Assembly: GCF_049060185.1 (NCBI RefSeq)
Contig: NZ_JBMEQO010000002.1
Source of the DNA: Nannocystis pusilla
GTDB lineage: Bacteria > Myxococcota_A > Polyangia > Nannocystales > Nannocystaceae
Strand: one strand, 5' to 3'
Length of the DNA stretch: 64,000 nucleotides
The position numbers and the translations under genes are program-made. Below the pieces are notes generated by a model. That model had not been told where the DNA came from. It was given only the letters and a program-made list of their open reading frames with translations, and did not search any database. Shown here one piece after another: positions 31,637 through 44,408 of this stretch; positions within the stretch are counted from its first letter, which is position 1, and each line of letters starts with the position of its first letter.

Positions 31637-34600
31637 TCACACCGCGTCGCTGACGCTGGCGAAGTGGAAGTCCTTCGCCACCAGCGGCGGCACCACCGCG
31701 ACCATCCCGTCGCCGGCCGTGCGCTCCGGCTTGCCGATCGCCACCAGGTTCTTCAGCAGCGCCGCCGGGCTCTCGTTGTAGCGCATGTTCTTGACCGGCC
31801 GCGCGATCTTCCCCTGCTCGATGAGGAACGTGCCGTCGCGGGTCAGCCCGGTCGCCAGGATCTGCCGCGGGTCGAGCATGCGGTTGTAGAAGAAGCGCGT
31901 CACCAGCACCCCGCGCTCGACCCCGCGGACCAGCTCGAGCAGGTCCTTGCCCTCGGCCGGGTCGGCGGGCGCGAGGAAGATCGAGCGCGGCCCCGGCAGC
32001 GCCGGCTTGCTCTGCTTGTGGGCCCAGAACCGGCTGTACGCCAGCGCCTTCAGCATCCCCCGATCGATCCACGTCGTCGCCGGCAGCGGCAGCCCATCGC
32101 CTGCGAACGGGATCGACGGCCAGCGCGGGTCGGCCGGGTCGGAGCGCAGCGTCACCCGCGGGTCGAACAGCGCCTCGCCGATCGCGTTGCCGCCCGGGCG
32201 GCTGAAGAAGCTGCGGCCCTCGTCGGCCGCGCGGGCCTGCAGCGCCGACACCAGGAAGCCGAGCAGGTCGGCCACCGCCTGCGCCTCGAGCACCACGGTG
32301 TACGCCCCCGGCGCCAGCGCGTCCGCGCCCTGGCTCGACATCGTCGCCTTGTCGGCCGCCCGCCGCGCCAGCGCCGGCGCGTCGAGCTCGGCCAGGCGGT
32401 GCGACGCGCCGCCGGCCCAGCCGCTGCCCTTGCCGTCGGGTGTGCGCATCGTCGTCGTCAGCGACGCCTCGGTCGCCGCGTGGAGCGCGAACAGACCTGT
32501 CCGATTGGCCAGGACAGTCACCCCGTCCTCGTGCTCGACGATCCCCGACGCCACCAGCTTGGCCTCGCGCGCCACCTTCAGCACCCGCGCCACCACCTCG
32601 GTGCGCCCCTCGGGTCCGACCTCCGCCGTCTTCGCGTCACGGGCCGCCACCTTCGCGTACTGCTGCGGCCCCAGCGGCGGCTCGTGCTCCGGGTCCTTCG
32701 GCGCCAGCTTGGCCAGCGCCTCCGCCTCGCGCACCAGCGCCTGCAGCGACGCCGCGTCGCGCCCGGTGCCGGACACCGTCGCCACCCGCCCGTCCTTGGC
32801 CGCAGTCACCGACACCTCGAAGCGCGCCGCCTCACCGGACGTCGTCGGCGCGCCGGCGGCGAACCGCAGGTACGCCGTGCGCCGCGCGGTCACTCGCAGG
32901 CTCACGTCCTCGAAGCTCGCGGCGGACAGCGCCGACTTGATCAGCGCCCGCGCCTCGGCCGGGCTCAAGGAGACTGCGCGCTCACTTGTCACCCCGGTGT
33001 TGAGGATGTTGACGACGAAGCGCGCCGGCGGGCACCCGTGGCTGACCGCGTTGCTCTGCGACGGCTCGCCCTTGCCGTCGCTCATGCTGCCGCCGAGGCG
33101 GTACGTGTCTGTCCCTCCGAGCATGTCACACGAGCTCCAGAATTCGACCGTGTTGGCCTGATACGCCACGTCTCGCAGCGGCCGCGTCAGCCGCCCGTGC
33201 TTGATCTCCCAGAAGAACTGGCCCGAGAACTGGAAGTTGTAGCGCTGCTGGTCGATCGACCAGCTGCCGCGGCCCGTGATCAGCACCCCGTCGTCGGTCG
33301 CCGAGATCAGGTCCTCCGTCGTGTAGCCCTCGCTGCCCGGCTGCAGGCTCACGTTCGGCATGCGCTGGAACGGCACGCTCGCGTAGCTGTCGGCGTAGCT
33401 GCAGCCCCGGCTCGCCGGCTCGCCGGCCGCCGCCGCCAGGTCGCGCGTCGTCTGCCAGCCGACGAACGTCCCCTTCTTCACCAGGTCCCAGCGCTGCGAC
33501 GCCACCGCCTCGTCGTCCCACGCGGTCGTCGCCAGACCGCCGGGCTGCGTGCGGTCGGCCGCGAGGTTCACGATCTCGCTGCCGATCTTGACCTTGCCCG
33601 CCTTGTCGGGCCCGAGGAAGCTCGTGCCGGCGTAGTTCGCCTCGTAGCCGAGCGCCCGGTCGAGCTCCGTCGAGTGGCCGATGCTCTCGTGGATCGTCAG
33701 CCACAGGTTCGACGGCGCCAGGATCGCGTGCTTCTTGCCCGGCACCGCCGGCGCCGCGTGCAACTTCTGCAGCGCCTCCTCGGCGATCTTCGGCGCGCTG
33801 CCGACCAGGTCGGCCGCGGTCACGTGCTCCCAGCCGGCCAGCATCGGCGCCACCTCGTGGTCGCGCCCCGCGAAGCGACCGCGCCGGCGATCGATCGCCG
33901 TCGCGGTCAGCCCCGGAATCACGCGGAAGAAGATCTGGTGGACCCGCGAGCCCTCGCTCGTCATCACCAGCTTCTCCTCGCGCACGCACGCCACGTTCGC
34001 GTCCACGTGCGCCACCCCGGGCACCGCCAGCGCCGCGCGGGCCGCCGCCAGCAGCAGCTCCGCCTTCTCGGCCGGCGCGATCGAGAACGGGTCGACCTGG
34101 AACGGCGACACCCAGCCGCCCTGCAGCACCGGCGCCGGCGCCAGCGTCACCGGCTGCGGCATCAGCAGCGCGCTCTGGCGGGCCATCGCCACCGCCGCCT
34201 TCGCGATCCCCTCGACCGCCTTCGCGCTGCGCTCCGCCGTCGCCGCGAAGCCCCAGCCGCCGTCCGCGATCACCCGCAGACCGACCCCGTAATCCTCGCT
34301 GCGACCGATCCCGCTCACGTGGTCGTCGCGCACGCCGACCCGCTCGCGGCGCATCAGCACCAGGCGCGCGTCGGCGTAGCTCGCCCCGGCCTTCGTCGCC
34401 GCCTCCAGCGCAGTGCGCAGCAGATGCTCGTCGGCCAGCAAGCGGCTCGCGGCCAGCAGGGCCATGCCCGCGTCTGCGCTCGCGGGCGCCGACTTCGGCG
34501 CCGGGATCCGGCTCGGCGGCGGGCCGGCCCAGGCCGCGCGCGAGCCGTGGACCAGCGCCTCGGCCCCACAGAGCCCCGTGAGCGCGAGGAAGGAGCGGCG

Positions 34601-34660
34601 AGAGCTCGACATCGGCGCGATGATACCCATCCCGCCCGCGGCGCCGCGCCCGAAATGCAC
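31637..34660 (-). CDS. Secreted TldD/PmbA (peptidase U62) double-module metalloprotease with twin-arginine signal
   Basis: Intact 1007-aa ORF. Tat motif SRRSFLALTG. Two TldD/PmbA-like modules (…HESIGHSTELDRALGYEANYAGTSF…; …GVLVTRFFYNRMLDPRQIL…). Confidence 0.8.
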   Translation of the reverse strand: MHFGRGAAGGMGIIAPMSSSRRSFLALTGLCGAEALVHGSRAAWAGPPPSRIPAPKSAPASADAGMALLAASRLLADEHLLRTALEAATKAGASYADARLVLMRRERVGVRDDHVSGIGRSEDYGVGLRVIADGGWGFAATAERSAKAVEGIAKAAVAMARQSALLMPQPVTLAPAPVLQGGWVSPFQVDPFSIAPAEKAELLLAAARAALAVPGVAHVDANVACVREEKLVMTSEGSRVHQIFFRVIPGLTATAIDRRRGRFAGRDHEVAPMLAGWEHVTAADLVGSAPKIAEEALQKLHAAPAVPGKKHAILAPSNLWLTIHESIGHSTELDRALGYEANYAGTSFLGPDKAGKVKIGSEIVNLAADRTQPGGLATTAWDDEAVASQRWDLVKKGTFVGWQTTRDLAAAAGEPASRGCSYADSYASVPFQRMPNVSLQPGSEGYTTEDLISATDDGVLITGRGSWSIDQQRYNFQFSGQFFWEIKHGRLTRPLRDVAYQANTVEFWSSCDMLGGTDTYRLGGSMSDGKGEPSQSNAVSHGCPPARFVVNILNTGVTSERAVSLSPAEARALIKSALSAASFEDVSLRVTARRTAYLRFAAGAPTTSGEAARFEVSVTAAKDGRVATVSGTGRDAASLQALVREAEALAKLAPKDPEHEPPLGPQQYAKVAARDAKTAEVGPEGRTEVVARVLKVAREAKLVASGIVEHEDGVTVLANRTGLFALHAATEASLTTTMRTPDGKGSGWAGGASHRLAELDAPALARRAADKATMSSQGADALAPGAYTVVLEAQAVADLLGFLVSALQARAADEGRSFFSRPGGNAIGEALFDPRVTLRSDPADPRWPSIPFAGDGLPLPATTWIDRGMLKALAYSRFWAHKQSKPALPGPRSIFLAPADPAEGKDLLELVRGVERGVLVTRFFYNRMLDPRQILATGLTRDGTFLIEQGKIARPVKNMRYNESPAALLKNLVAIGKPERTAGDGMVAVVPPLVAKDFHFASVSDAV
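32497..32525. repeat. GGACAGGT variant inverted unit inside the TldD/PmbA CDS
   Basis: GACCTGTCCGATTGGCCAGGACAGTC. Confidence 0.4.
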
Positions 34661-35197
34661 GCCCCTGCAGCCGCCCCGCGGACCCGCGCCACGCGGAGGA
34701 TCCCCTGCCCGGCGGCAGCTCCGGGTCCTCCGGCCCCGACTGTCCCCGTACTGGTGCCTCGGTCATCGCCCCCAGCGCGACCCACGCCGGTGAGCAGCCC
34801 CTGCGGAGATCCCCGCGTCCGGTCCGCGCTCCCGACGCCGGCCCCCGCGCCGGCCCGCAATGCATCGACCCTCCGTCCTCCCCGCAATCACCACAGCCGC
34901 CCGGACTCCCCGCGAACCTCGCCGCAAGCCCTCCTGTCGCCCTCTCGCGGCCTCTCCTCGCATTCGCCCGCGCCCCGGCCCTCCGCGCATTCGTCTGCGC
35001 CCGTCGCCTGGCGACCCCGCCTCCGTCTCGCTGCTCGTGCCGGACACATGCTCGTCGCGAGCGCGTCGACGACGCGACATCGGACCCCCGCATGCGGGGC
35101 CCTCGGCGCTCCCCCGACGATGGATCCGAACATCCCCGTCTCGATCGCTTCGGTCGGGTACTTGCCCTCATGAGGGTGATCGTGCGTTCATCGCCCC

Positions 35198-36647
35198 ATG
35201 GTCTCCCCTCGTTTTTCGGTCGCATCCATGGCCGTCGCCGGTCTCCTCGTCGCCTGCGGTGACAGCGGGCGCGCCGACTCGGCCAGCGCCACGGCTCCGA
35301 CCACGGTGGCGACCAGCATCGGCAGCCTCACCCTGCCGCCCGAGACCACGATGACGGACCCCACGCAGGGTGGTTCGATGAGCGCCACCGAGGGCACCGA
35401 CGGCACCGTCGGTCAGACCGAGAGCGCCAGCGGCGACCCGCCGACCACCACCAACGGTTCGATGTCGGGCATGACCATGACCACCAACGGCGGCCCCAAG
35501 TTCGACCTCGGCGTCACGCCTGACGGCGGCATGGGCTGCGCCGGCGACATGGACATCGACGAGAGCTTCATCTGGATCCCCGCCACCAGCGACGGCCTCG
35601 TCTCCAAGATCAACACTCGCACCCTCGTCGAGGAGGCCCGCTACCTCACCGGTCCGAGCGGCGCCGCCGAGAGCGTCTCGCGCACCGCCGTCTCGGGCGA
35701 CGGTCGGTTCGTCGTCGTCAACGCGCGCGGCACCGGGCGTTCCACCGCCGTCGCCGCCAACATCGCCGATTGCATCGACTTCAACGGCGACGGCCAGATC
35801 ACCACCTCCACCAGCGTCGCCGACATCAAGCCGTGGGGCACCGACGAGTGCGTCGTGTGGACCCTCGTCCACCCCAACTGGTCGGGCCAGTACATCGAGG
35901 GTCCGCGCGGCATCACCTGGACCATCGGCGACTACGACAAGGCCACCTGCACGTACAAGAACCAGAAGGTCTGGCTCGGCTTCGGCGCCCTGCAGGCCGG
36001 CTCGGCCAACATGGTCCGGCTCGACGGCGCCACCGGCGTCATGGAGCAGTCGCTCGAGGCCGTGGCCTGGAACGGCAGCGGCTACGCCCCCTACGGCGGC
36101 GCCCTCGACCCGCTCGGCAACGCCTGGTTCACCGGCTTGCGCGGCGAGCTCGCGCGCGTCAACGCCAACGAGAACCCCATCAGCCTCACGCGGATCCCCA
36201 GCCCTCCAACATCCAGACCTACGGCATGACCGTCGACCGCAACGGCAACCCGTGGCTCGCCGGCTGCTCCGGCCCGGTCTCGACCTACGACGTCGCCACG
36301 AGCCAGTGGATCTCGGTCGCCGGCACCAACGCCTGCCACCGCGGCATGGCCATCGACCACGACGACCACGCCTGGGTCGCCTCCAACAGCCCGTGCGGCC
36401 TCGTCGAGATCGACGTCCCCACCCGCACCCTCGTCGCCCAGCACACCCTCGCCCAGTGCTCGACCCCGATCGGCGTCAGCGTCGACGTCGACGGCTTCGT
36501 GTGGCTGGTCGACCAGCAGGGCTGGGCGTGGAAGATCGACCCGCTCAACGTCCCGGCCATGCAGAACATCCCCGTCGCCGGCGACCACTACGTCTACTCC
36601 GACATGACCGGCGGCCAGCTCAAGAGCGTCACTCCCCGCCGGGCTGA
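35198..36647 (+). CDS. Beta-propeller lipoprotein (Vgb/NHL/SMP-30-like blade repeats) with Thr-rich linker; 1 to 2 frameshifts
   Basis: Lipobox MVSPRFSVASMAVAGLLVAC. Repeated blade motifs (…LDPLGNAWFTG…, …DRNGNPWLAG…, …DHDDHAWVAS…, …DVDGFVWLVD…). Confidence 0.6.
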
Positions 36648-37115
36648 TCGCGCCGGCACGGCGACGAGGACCGTCTACGCACGCGATTCGACGCGCACGT
36701 CGATTCGCGCAGCCCTTCGCGGGCGAATGGCAGCATCTCGGCTGCCATGATTCGCCGGGACGATTGTCCCGAACTACTCCGACCACGCGCCCGCTCGAAC
36801 GGTGCATCGACCTGCACCGCGACCCCGGTGATTCGTCCCGGCCGCGATCACGCCCTCTATTGATTGCGCCATCGAGGCAATCATCCGAGCACTGGATGCG
36901 ACCGCGCCGAAACGATGATTGCTCGGAGAACAATCGGAGCATTCGTCCTCTCATGATCGCCGCGACGCGCTTCGGGATGACCTGGCTCTTCGAGCAGCTC
37001 CGCCAGCCGCTCGGAATCGTCGGTCGGCGCTCCGCCCGCCCCTCACCGACATCCTCCGGTCCCGCCCGCCCCTGAAGCCCCGAGCCCGGCCCTCCTTGCT
37101 ATCCTCGCCTGCGCG

Positions 37116-38809
<1,694 letters not shown>

Positions 38810-39555
38810 CGGCGCATGGTAACCGCCGGCGCGGCCCGCAACCAGGCCGCCCGCGCGCCTGCGCGACCGCCTCCGACCCGCGCGCGGATCAGCCCCACAC
38901 CACCATCGAGCGCGACGCGCCGAGGCTGCACGTGATGCGGTCGGATCCCGGGCCGGACCGCCACGGCCCCAGGCGCTCGCCCTGCCACCTGCAGCGCACC
39001 TGCAGGCGCCACTTCACCCCGGGCGTGCCGCCGCATTCGTGGCCCCCCAATCGTCGGCCCAGCGGTTGCTGCACGTCAGGCCGTGCTGCGATTGCATCGA
39101 GCTGCCGCCGCGCGGGCCGCAGGCTCCGCCTCGTCGAGCTCGCTCGTCGCCCCTCGTCCCATTCGTCCGCCTCGTCGACGAATGACTGCACCTCCTCGCA
39201 ACCCGGCGAGACCATCAATGGCAGCACTCCGACGAACACGAGCCCGCGACGACAACGACGAATCTCCATGGCGTGGCCCTCCCCGGCCGCCTCGCGCTCG
39301 CGCCCCCGCGACGTCGCCAGCGCCTCGGCGAAGGCTATCGACGCTCCCCGTACGTGCCAGTCCGCCCTCGCCGCCGCACGACCGGCGGACGACCCGCCGG
39401 CGCCTCGGCCCCGACATCGACCCACTTCCTCCCCGGCCGCGCGCCCGCGTCTGCCCGCCTCGCCCGGCGCTCCGGCCCCGCCCTGCACTGAGCGGCCCGC
39501 GCCGCCCCGACCTCGAGCGCGCCCGCAGTGCACCCCGGTGATTCGCCGCCTTCGA

Positions 39556-39606
39556 TACATGCCCCCGAGGACATGTCCATGTAAACATGTCCATTCGAGC
39601 ATGCCA
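39556..39606. repeat. GGACATGTCC-family repeat cluster (4 units) upstream of the hybrid kinase gene
   Basis: ACATGCCCCCGAGGACATGTCCATGTAAACATGTCCATTCGAGCATGCC. Confidence 0.75.
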
Positions 39607-39778
39607 CCAACCCATCCGGTCCCCTCCTGACCCGCGGACACCGGCCTCCTCGCGCCGGGGCGGGGCGGCGGGCCCGCCCGCCGGTCGGCGTCGCGGCCGC
39701 GACGACACGGGCGCGGACGACCTCGTTCCTGCTCGCCCGCTTCGAACAACCTGCCCGCCTCACGTATTCTTGGCGAGC

Positions 39779-42700
39779 GTGCTGCCGGGGGCCGAGTTCA
39801 CCGAGTTGATGGACGACGCGCTCCTCGTCGTCTCGCCGGCCGGCGCCGTCGAGGCCGCCAACGCCGCGGCCGAGCGCGTGCTGGGGCCTCTCGCGCCGCC
39901 CTGATCGGCCGCGACCTCGCCGCCCTCTTGCCCGACTCGACGCTCGGCCAGGCCTGTCGGGGCGCCGAAGAGGTCCGCTTCTGCATCGACGACGGCCGCG
40001 GCGCCCGGCTCGCCGTGCGCGTCATCCCGCGTCCGGAGGGCGCCTGGGTCGTCCTCCGCCCCGAGCCCGCCGCGCTCGTCGCTCCCGACCTCAAGTCGGA
40101 CCAGCACCTCCGCGCGCTCCTCAGCCACGCCCCGGTCGTGCTGTTCGCCTGCGACGCCCGCGGCGTCCTCACCTTGAACGAGCCCCACGGCCTCAGCCCG
40201 CTGCGCCCGCACCCCGGCGACGACGTCGGCCGCTCGATCTTCGAGACCTACGGCGACATCCCGTGGGTGGTCGACGCCGCCCGCCGGGCGCTCGCCGGCG
40301 AATCGTTGACGGCGGTCGGCGCCCTGCGCGGCGTGATCTACGAGGCCCACTACAGCCCGATCCGCGTCGACGGCCGGGTGCAGGGCTTCATCGGCGTCGC
40401 CCTCGACGTCACCGAGCGCGAGCAGACCATCGCGCGCTACGCCAGCCAGCAGGCGGTGTTCAAGTACGTGCTGGCCAACGTCCCGCAGGCGATCTTCTGG
40501 AAGGACCGCGACTCGCGCTACCTCGGCTGCAACCAGCACTTCCTGCAGAGCACCCGCTTCACCAGCTTCGAGGAGGTGATCGGCAAGACCGACTACGAAG
40601 TCGTCGCCTCGCGCGAGGAGGCCGACTTCTTCCGCATGATGGACGACCGGGTCATGCGGAGCGGCGTCCCGATCTACAACATCGAGGAGCCGCTGCGCCT
40701 GTCCGACGGCACTGACTCGTACCTCTTGACCAGCAAGGTCCCGATCCGCGACGACAGCGGCGAGGTCACCGGCCTCCTCGGCATCCACGTCGACATCACC
40801 GAGCGCAAGCGCATGGAGCTCGAGCTGCAGCGGGCCAAGGAGGCCGCCGACGCCGCGCTACGGGCCAAGAGCGAGTTCCTCACCACCATCAGCCACGAGC
40901 TGCGGACCCCGCTCGCGCTGATCCTCGGCCCGCTCGAGTCTCTGCTCGCCGGCGCCGACGATCTGCGCAGCGAGCAGGCCCGAGCCTTGAACCGCATGTG
41001 GCGCAACGCCTCGCGGCTCGGCCGGCTCGTCGACGACATCCTCGACTATCAAAAGCTCGAGGCCGGCAAGCTGCGGCCCACCTGGGAGCCGGTCGACCTC
41101 CACGCCCTCGTGCTCGACATCGTCCTCGACGCCGAGCCGGCCGCCCAGGCCGCGGGCATCGACCTGCAGCACGCCCTGGCGGACGACCTCGGCGTCGTCC
41201 CGCTCGACCGGCGCATGTTCGAGAAGATCCTGCTCAACCTCCTCGGCAACGCCCTCAAGTTCACCCCCGCGGGCGGCACCGTCACAGTCACGCTCGCCGG
41301 TGATCGCGGGCGGCTGCGCCTCACCGTCCGCGACACCGGCCCCGGCATCGCCCCCGACGAGCACGAGCGGGTGTTTCAGCGCTTCGAGCAGCTCGACAGC
41401 TCGATCAGCCGCAAGCACGAGGGCACCGGCCTCGGCCTGGCGATCGTGCGCGAGTTCGCCGCGGAGCTCGGCGGCGCCGTCGAGCTCCATAGCGCCCTCG
41501 GCGAAGGCGCCTGCTTCGTCGTCGAGCTGCCGATCGACGCCGATCGCCTCGTCGACCTCGCCGCCGCGCGCGAGCCCGTCGTCGCCCGCCGCGGCCGCTT
41601 CGACGTCGTCGCCGACGAAGCCCGCCCCGAGCCCGCGCCCGACCTCCCGCGCCTCCTCGTCGCCGACGACAACCCCGACATGCGCGCCTACATCGCCGCG
41701 GTCCTCGGCCCCGACTACGCCGTCGAGCTGACCGCCAACGGCGTCGACGCCCTGCAGGCCGCCCGCGCTCGCCCGCCCGACGTCATCCTCGCCGACGTCA
41801 TGATGCCGGAGATGGACGGCTACGAGCTCGTCACGCGGCTCAAGCGCGACGACGACCTGCGCCACGTCCCCGTCGTCCTCCTCAGCGCCAAGGCCAGCCG
41901 CGAGGAGACCGCGCGCGGCCTCGACGTCGGCGCCGACGACTACCTGCCCAAGCCGTTCGCCGCCGTCGAGCTGCGCTCGCGCGTCCGCGCCGCCCTCCGC
42001 CTGCACCGCACCCACCTCGAGGTCGTGCGCCAGAAGCAGGCGCTCGAGCAGGCCCTGCAGGCCCTCCAGGACGCCCAGGAGCAGCTCGTCCAGTCGAGCA
42101 AGATGGCGGCCGTCGGCGCCCTCGTGGCCGGCCTGTCGCACGAGCTCAACAACCCGGTCGCGGTCATCCGCATGAGCGCGCAGATGCTGCTGCGCCGCAG
42201 TCCCCGCGACCCGTTCGTGCGCCGCGCCCTCGAGCGGATCGAGCGTCACTCCCAGCGCTGCGCCGCCCTCGTCGACGCCCTGCTCGCCTACACCCGCCGG
42301 CGCCCCCGAGCGCCGAGCGCTGCGAGCTCGCCCAGGTGCTCCGCTGGCTGGTGGAGCTCGCCCGGCCCGAGGCCGACGAGCGCGGCGTCCGCCTGATCGG
42401 CGGCTTCACCGGCGCCTCGCTGCCCGCGCTGGTGGTCCACCGCCCCTCGCTCGAGTCCGCCCTCCTCAACGTGTTCGGCAACGCCGCCGACGCCACCGGC
42501 CCCGGCGGCGCGATCGAGATCGAGGCCCGCGGCGCGCCCGGCGGCGACGGCCGCGAGGGCGCCGAGATCGTCATCCGCGACAGCGGCGTCGGCATCGCCG
42601 CCCACGACCTCCCGCACGTGTTCGAGCCGTTTTACACCACCAAACCGCCCGGCAAGGGCACCGGCCTCGGCCTGTCGATGGCGCAGAAGTTCGTCCGCGC

Positions 42701-42836
42701 CCACGGCGGCACCATCCGCATCGACAGCGAGCTCGGTCGCGGCACCGTCGTGCGCATGTGGCTGCCCCTGATCCCGCCCGACGCGGCCGCGGCCGACTGC
42801 CCCGCCCCCGCCGCAGCCGCCGAGCAAGCCCGATGA
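39779..42836 (+). CDS. Hybrid sensor histidine kinase: PAS–PAS–HisKA–HATPase–REC–HisKA–HATPase; about 2 frameshifts
   Basis: H-box [10 protein letters not shown] boxes …[13 protein letters not shown]…DTGPGI…GTGLGLAI…. Receiver …[11 protein letters not shown]…[14 protein letters not shown]…. Second H-box …LSHELNNPV… and second ATPase …[33 protein letters not shown]…. Confidence 0.75.
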
Positions 42837-42914
42837 ACCGCTCCGCGCTCGTGTCGCCGCCCCGGACCGCCTATCCTCGAGCGAGCGCTGCGACCTCCGT
42901 CGCCGCCGTCCGCG

Positions 42915-43532
42915 ATGAGGAAGAAGACCGTCCGCATGCTGCCGAGCCCGGGCAGCGCCCTCGTCAGGTCCCCCGCGGACGCGCTCGCCCATCACGAGCC
43001 CGGCCGTCCCGCTGCGCCCGCGCCCGGCGCCTCCGACTGCGAGTGGCGCCCCTGCGACGCCGAGCTCCCGGTGGTCATGGACGCCCTCGAATCGCTGGCC
43101 GAGAGCCTCGAGCTGCACGACCGCTCGTCGGCCGCCGGCCTGCACTGGCACCTCGACGCCAGCGACATCGGCCTCTGGGTCGACGTCACCGCCCTGGCGA
43201 CCGACAGCGGCACCACCGTGGGCCTGCAGATCCGCCCCGCCGGCGGCTCCTTCGCCGACAGCCCGTGGTGGCACAACGACTCCTACTTCTGGGGCGAGAT
43301 CGTGTTCGGCGCCGCCATGATCCTCGCCCTGTTCCTCGTCACCGGCGACCTGTGGGTGCTCGCCTTCATCGGCCTCATGACCAGCGCCTTCTTCGTCAGC
43401 GTCCTGCTGCTCCTGGTCGTGATCCCCGAGCACCGGCGGGCCCTCGCCCAGCGGGCCTGGACCGACCGCTGGCGCCGCGACTTCTGGCCCGCCCTCGAGG
43501 CCCGCCTCCACCAGCGCGCCCTCTACCGCTGA
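42915..43532 (+). CDS. Hypothetical membrane protein
   Basis: Intact ORF with a C-terminal 2 to 3 TM region. Confidence 0.45.
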   Translation: MRKKTVRMLPSPGSALVRSPADALAHHEPGRPAAPAPGASDCEWRPCDAELPVVMDALESLAESLELHDRSSAAGLHWHLDASDIGLWVDVTALATDSGTTVGLQIRPAGGSFADSPWWHNDSYFWGEIVFGAAMILALFLVTGDLWVLAFIGLMTSAFFVSVLLLLVVIPEHRRALAQRAWTDRWRRDFWPALEARLHQRALYR

Positions 43533-43533
43533 A

Positions 43534-43612
43534 AGGACATGTCCCGAGGGTCATGCCCCTTGCGCATGCCCGAGAGAACATGCCCCCGAGGTCATATCCC
43601 GAAGGACATATC
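43534..43612. repeat. GGACATGTCC-family repeat cluster (5 to 6 units) between convergent genes
   Basis: GGACATGTCCCGAGGGTCATGCCCCTTGCGCATGCCCGAGAGAACATGCCCCCGAGGTCATATCCCGAAGGACATATC. Confidence 0.8.
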
Positions 43613-44303
43613 ACAGCACGCACCCGAGCTCCACCAGCTCGGGCGGCGCCGACAGCGTCACCAGGGCGTCGACCGCCAGCGGTCCGTCGGGCGTCTCGAC
43701 CTCGACGTGGACCTGCGCCGCCAGCCCGTCGACCTCCGCCAGCTTGGCCAGCTCGTCGGGCGGGAACACCGGCACCACCCCGGTCACCCCGCCGTCGAGC
43801 TGCTCGCAGCCGATGTAATACGACTCCCCGTCGCGCTGGTAAAAGTGCCCGGTCGGCCCGATGTCGTAGCCCTCGACGTCGACGACCACCGACACCTGCG
43901 GGTGATACCCGCCGGGGTCGAAGCCGCCGAGCGACGGGTACAGCCCGAACATCCACAGGCCCTGCCCGCCGCACTCGAGCGGAAGCACCGCGCCGTCGAC
44001 CAGCGGCGCCCCGCCCATCACCGCCAGCTCGAAGAACGGCGCCGGCGCGTCGCGCTCGAACCCCTGGCAGTACACCACCGGCTCCGACGTCGTCGACGAC
44101 TCCTCCGTCGACGCCACCCCGGTCGACGTCGTCGGCGTCGGCTCGGTCGACGAATCACCGCTCGTCGTCGCACTCGACCCCGTCTCCGTCGTCTCGCCCG
44201 TGCCGGCTGTCGCCTCCGACGTCGCCTCGCTCGCCCCCGGCGACGCCGGCCCGCCCGAACATCCCACCACCACCACGATCCCCACGACCTGCAACCGGCG
44301 CAT
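43611..44303 (-). CDS. Hypothetical lipoprotein with Ser/Thr-rich linker
   Basis: Lipobox MRRLQVVGIVVVVGC. Intact. Confidence 0.55.
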   Translation of the reverse strand: MRRLQVVGIVVVVGCSGGPASPGASEATSEATAGTGETTETGSSATTSGDSSTEPTPTTSTGVASTEESSTTSEPVVYCQGFERDAPAPFFELAVMGGAPLVDGAVLPLECGGQGLWMFGLYPSLGGFDPGGYHPQVSVVVDVEGYDIGPTGHFYQRDGESYYIGCEQLDGGVTGVVPVFPPDELAKLAEVDGLAAQVHVEVETPDGPLAVDALVTLSAPPELVELGCVL

Positions 44304-44408
44304 GCGTCCACCCTATCCGCCGCCCGGCCTCCCGACCACCCGCGCGGACGCGAGCGCGACGAGAACTCGGGTTCGTCCGTCGCCCCCGCGCTATCCTGAT
44401 CCCTCCGC

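Noticed and set aside
38889-39255. Small Cys-rich ORF (MEIRRCRRGLVFVGVLPLMVSPGC…) as a secreted peptide gene
   Set aside because: It has a signal-like N-terminus, but it is a short, Arg/Trp-rich, low-complexity remainder with no conservation clues. It may be real, but support is too weak to call.
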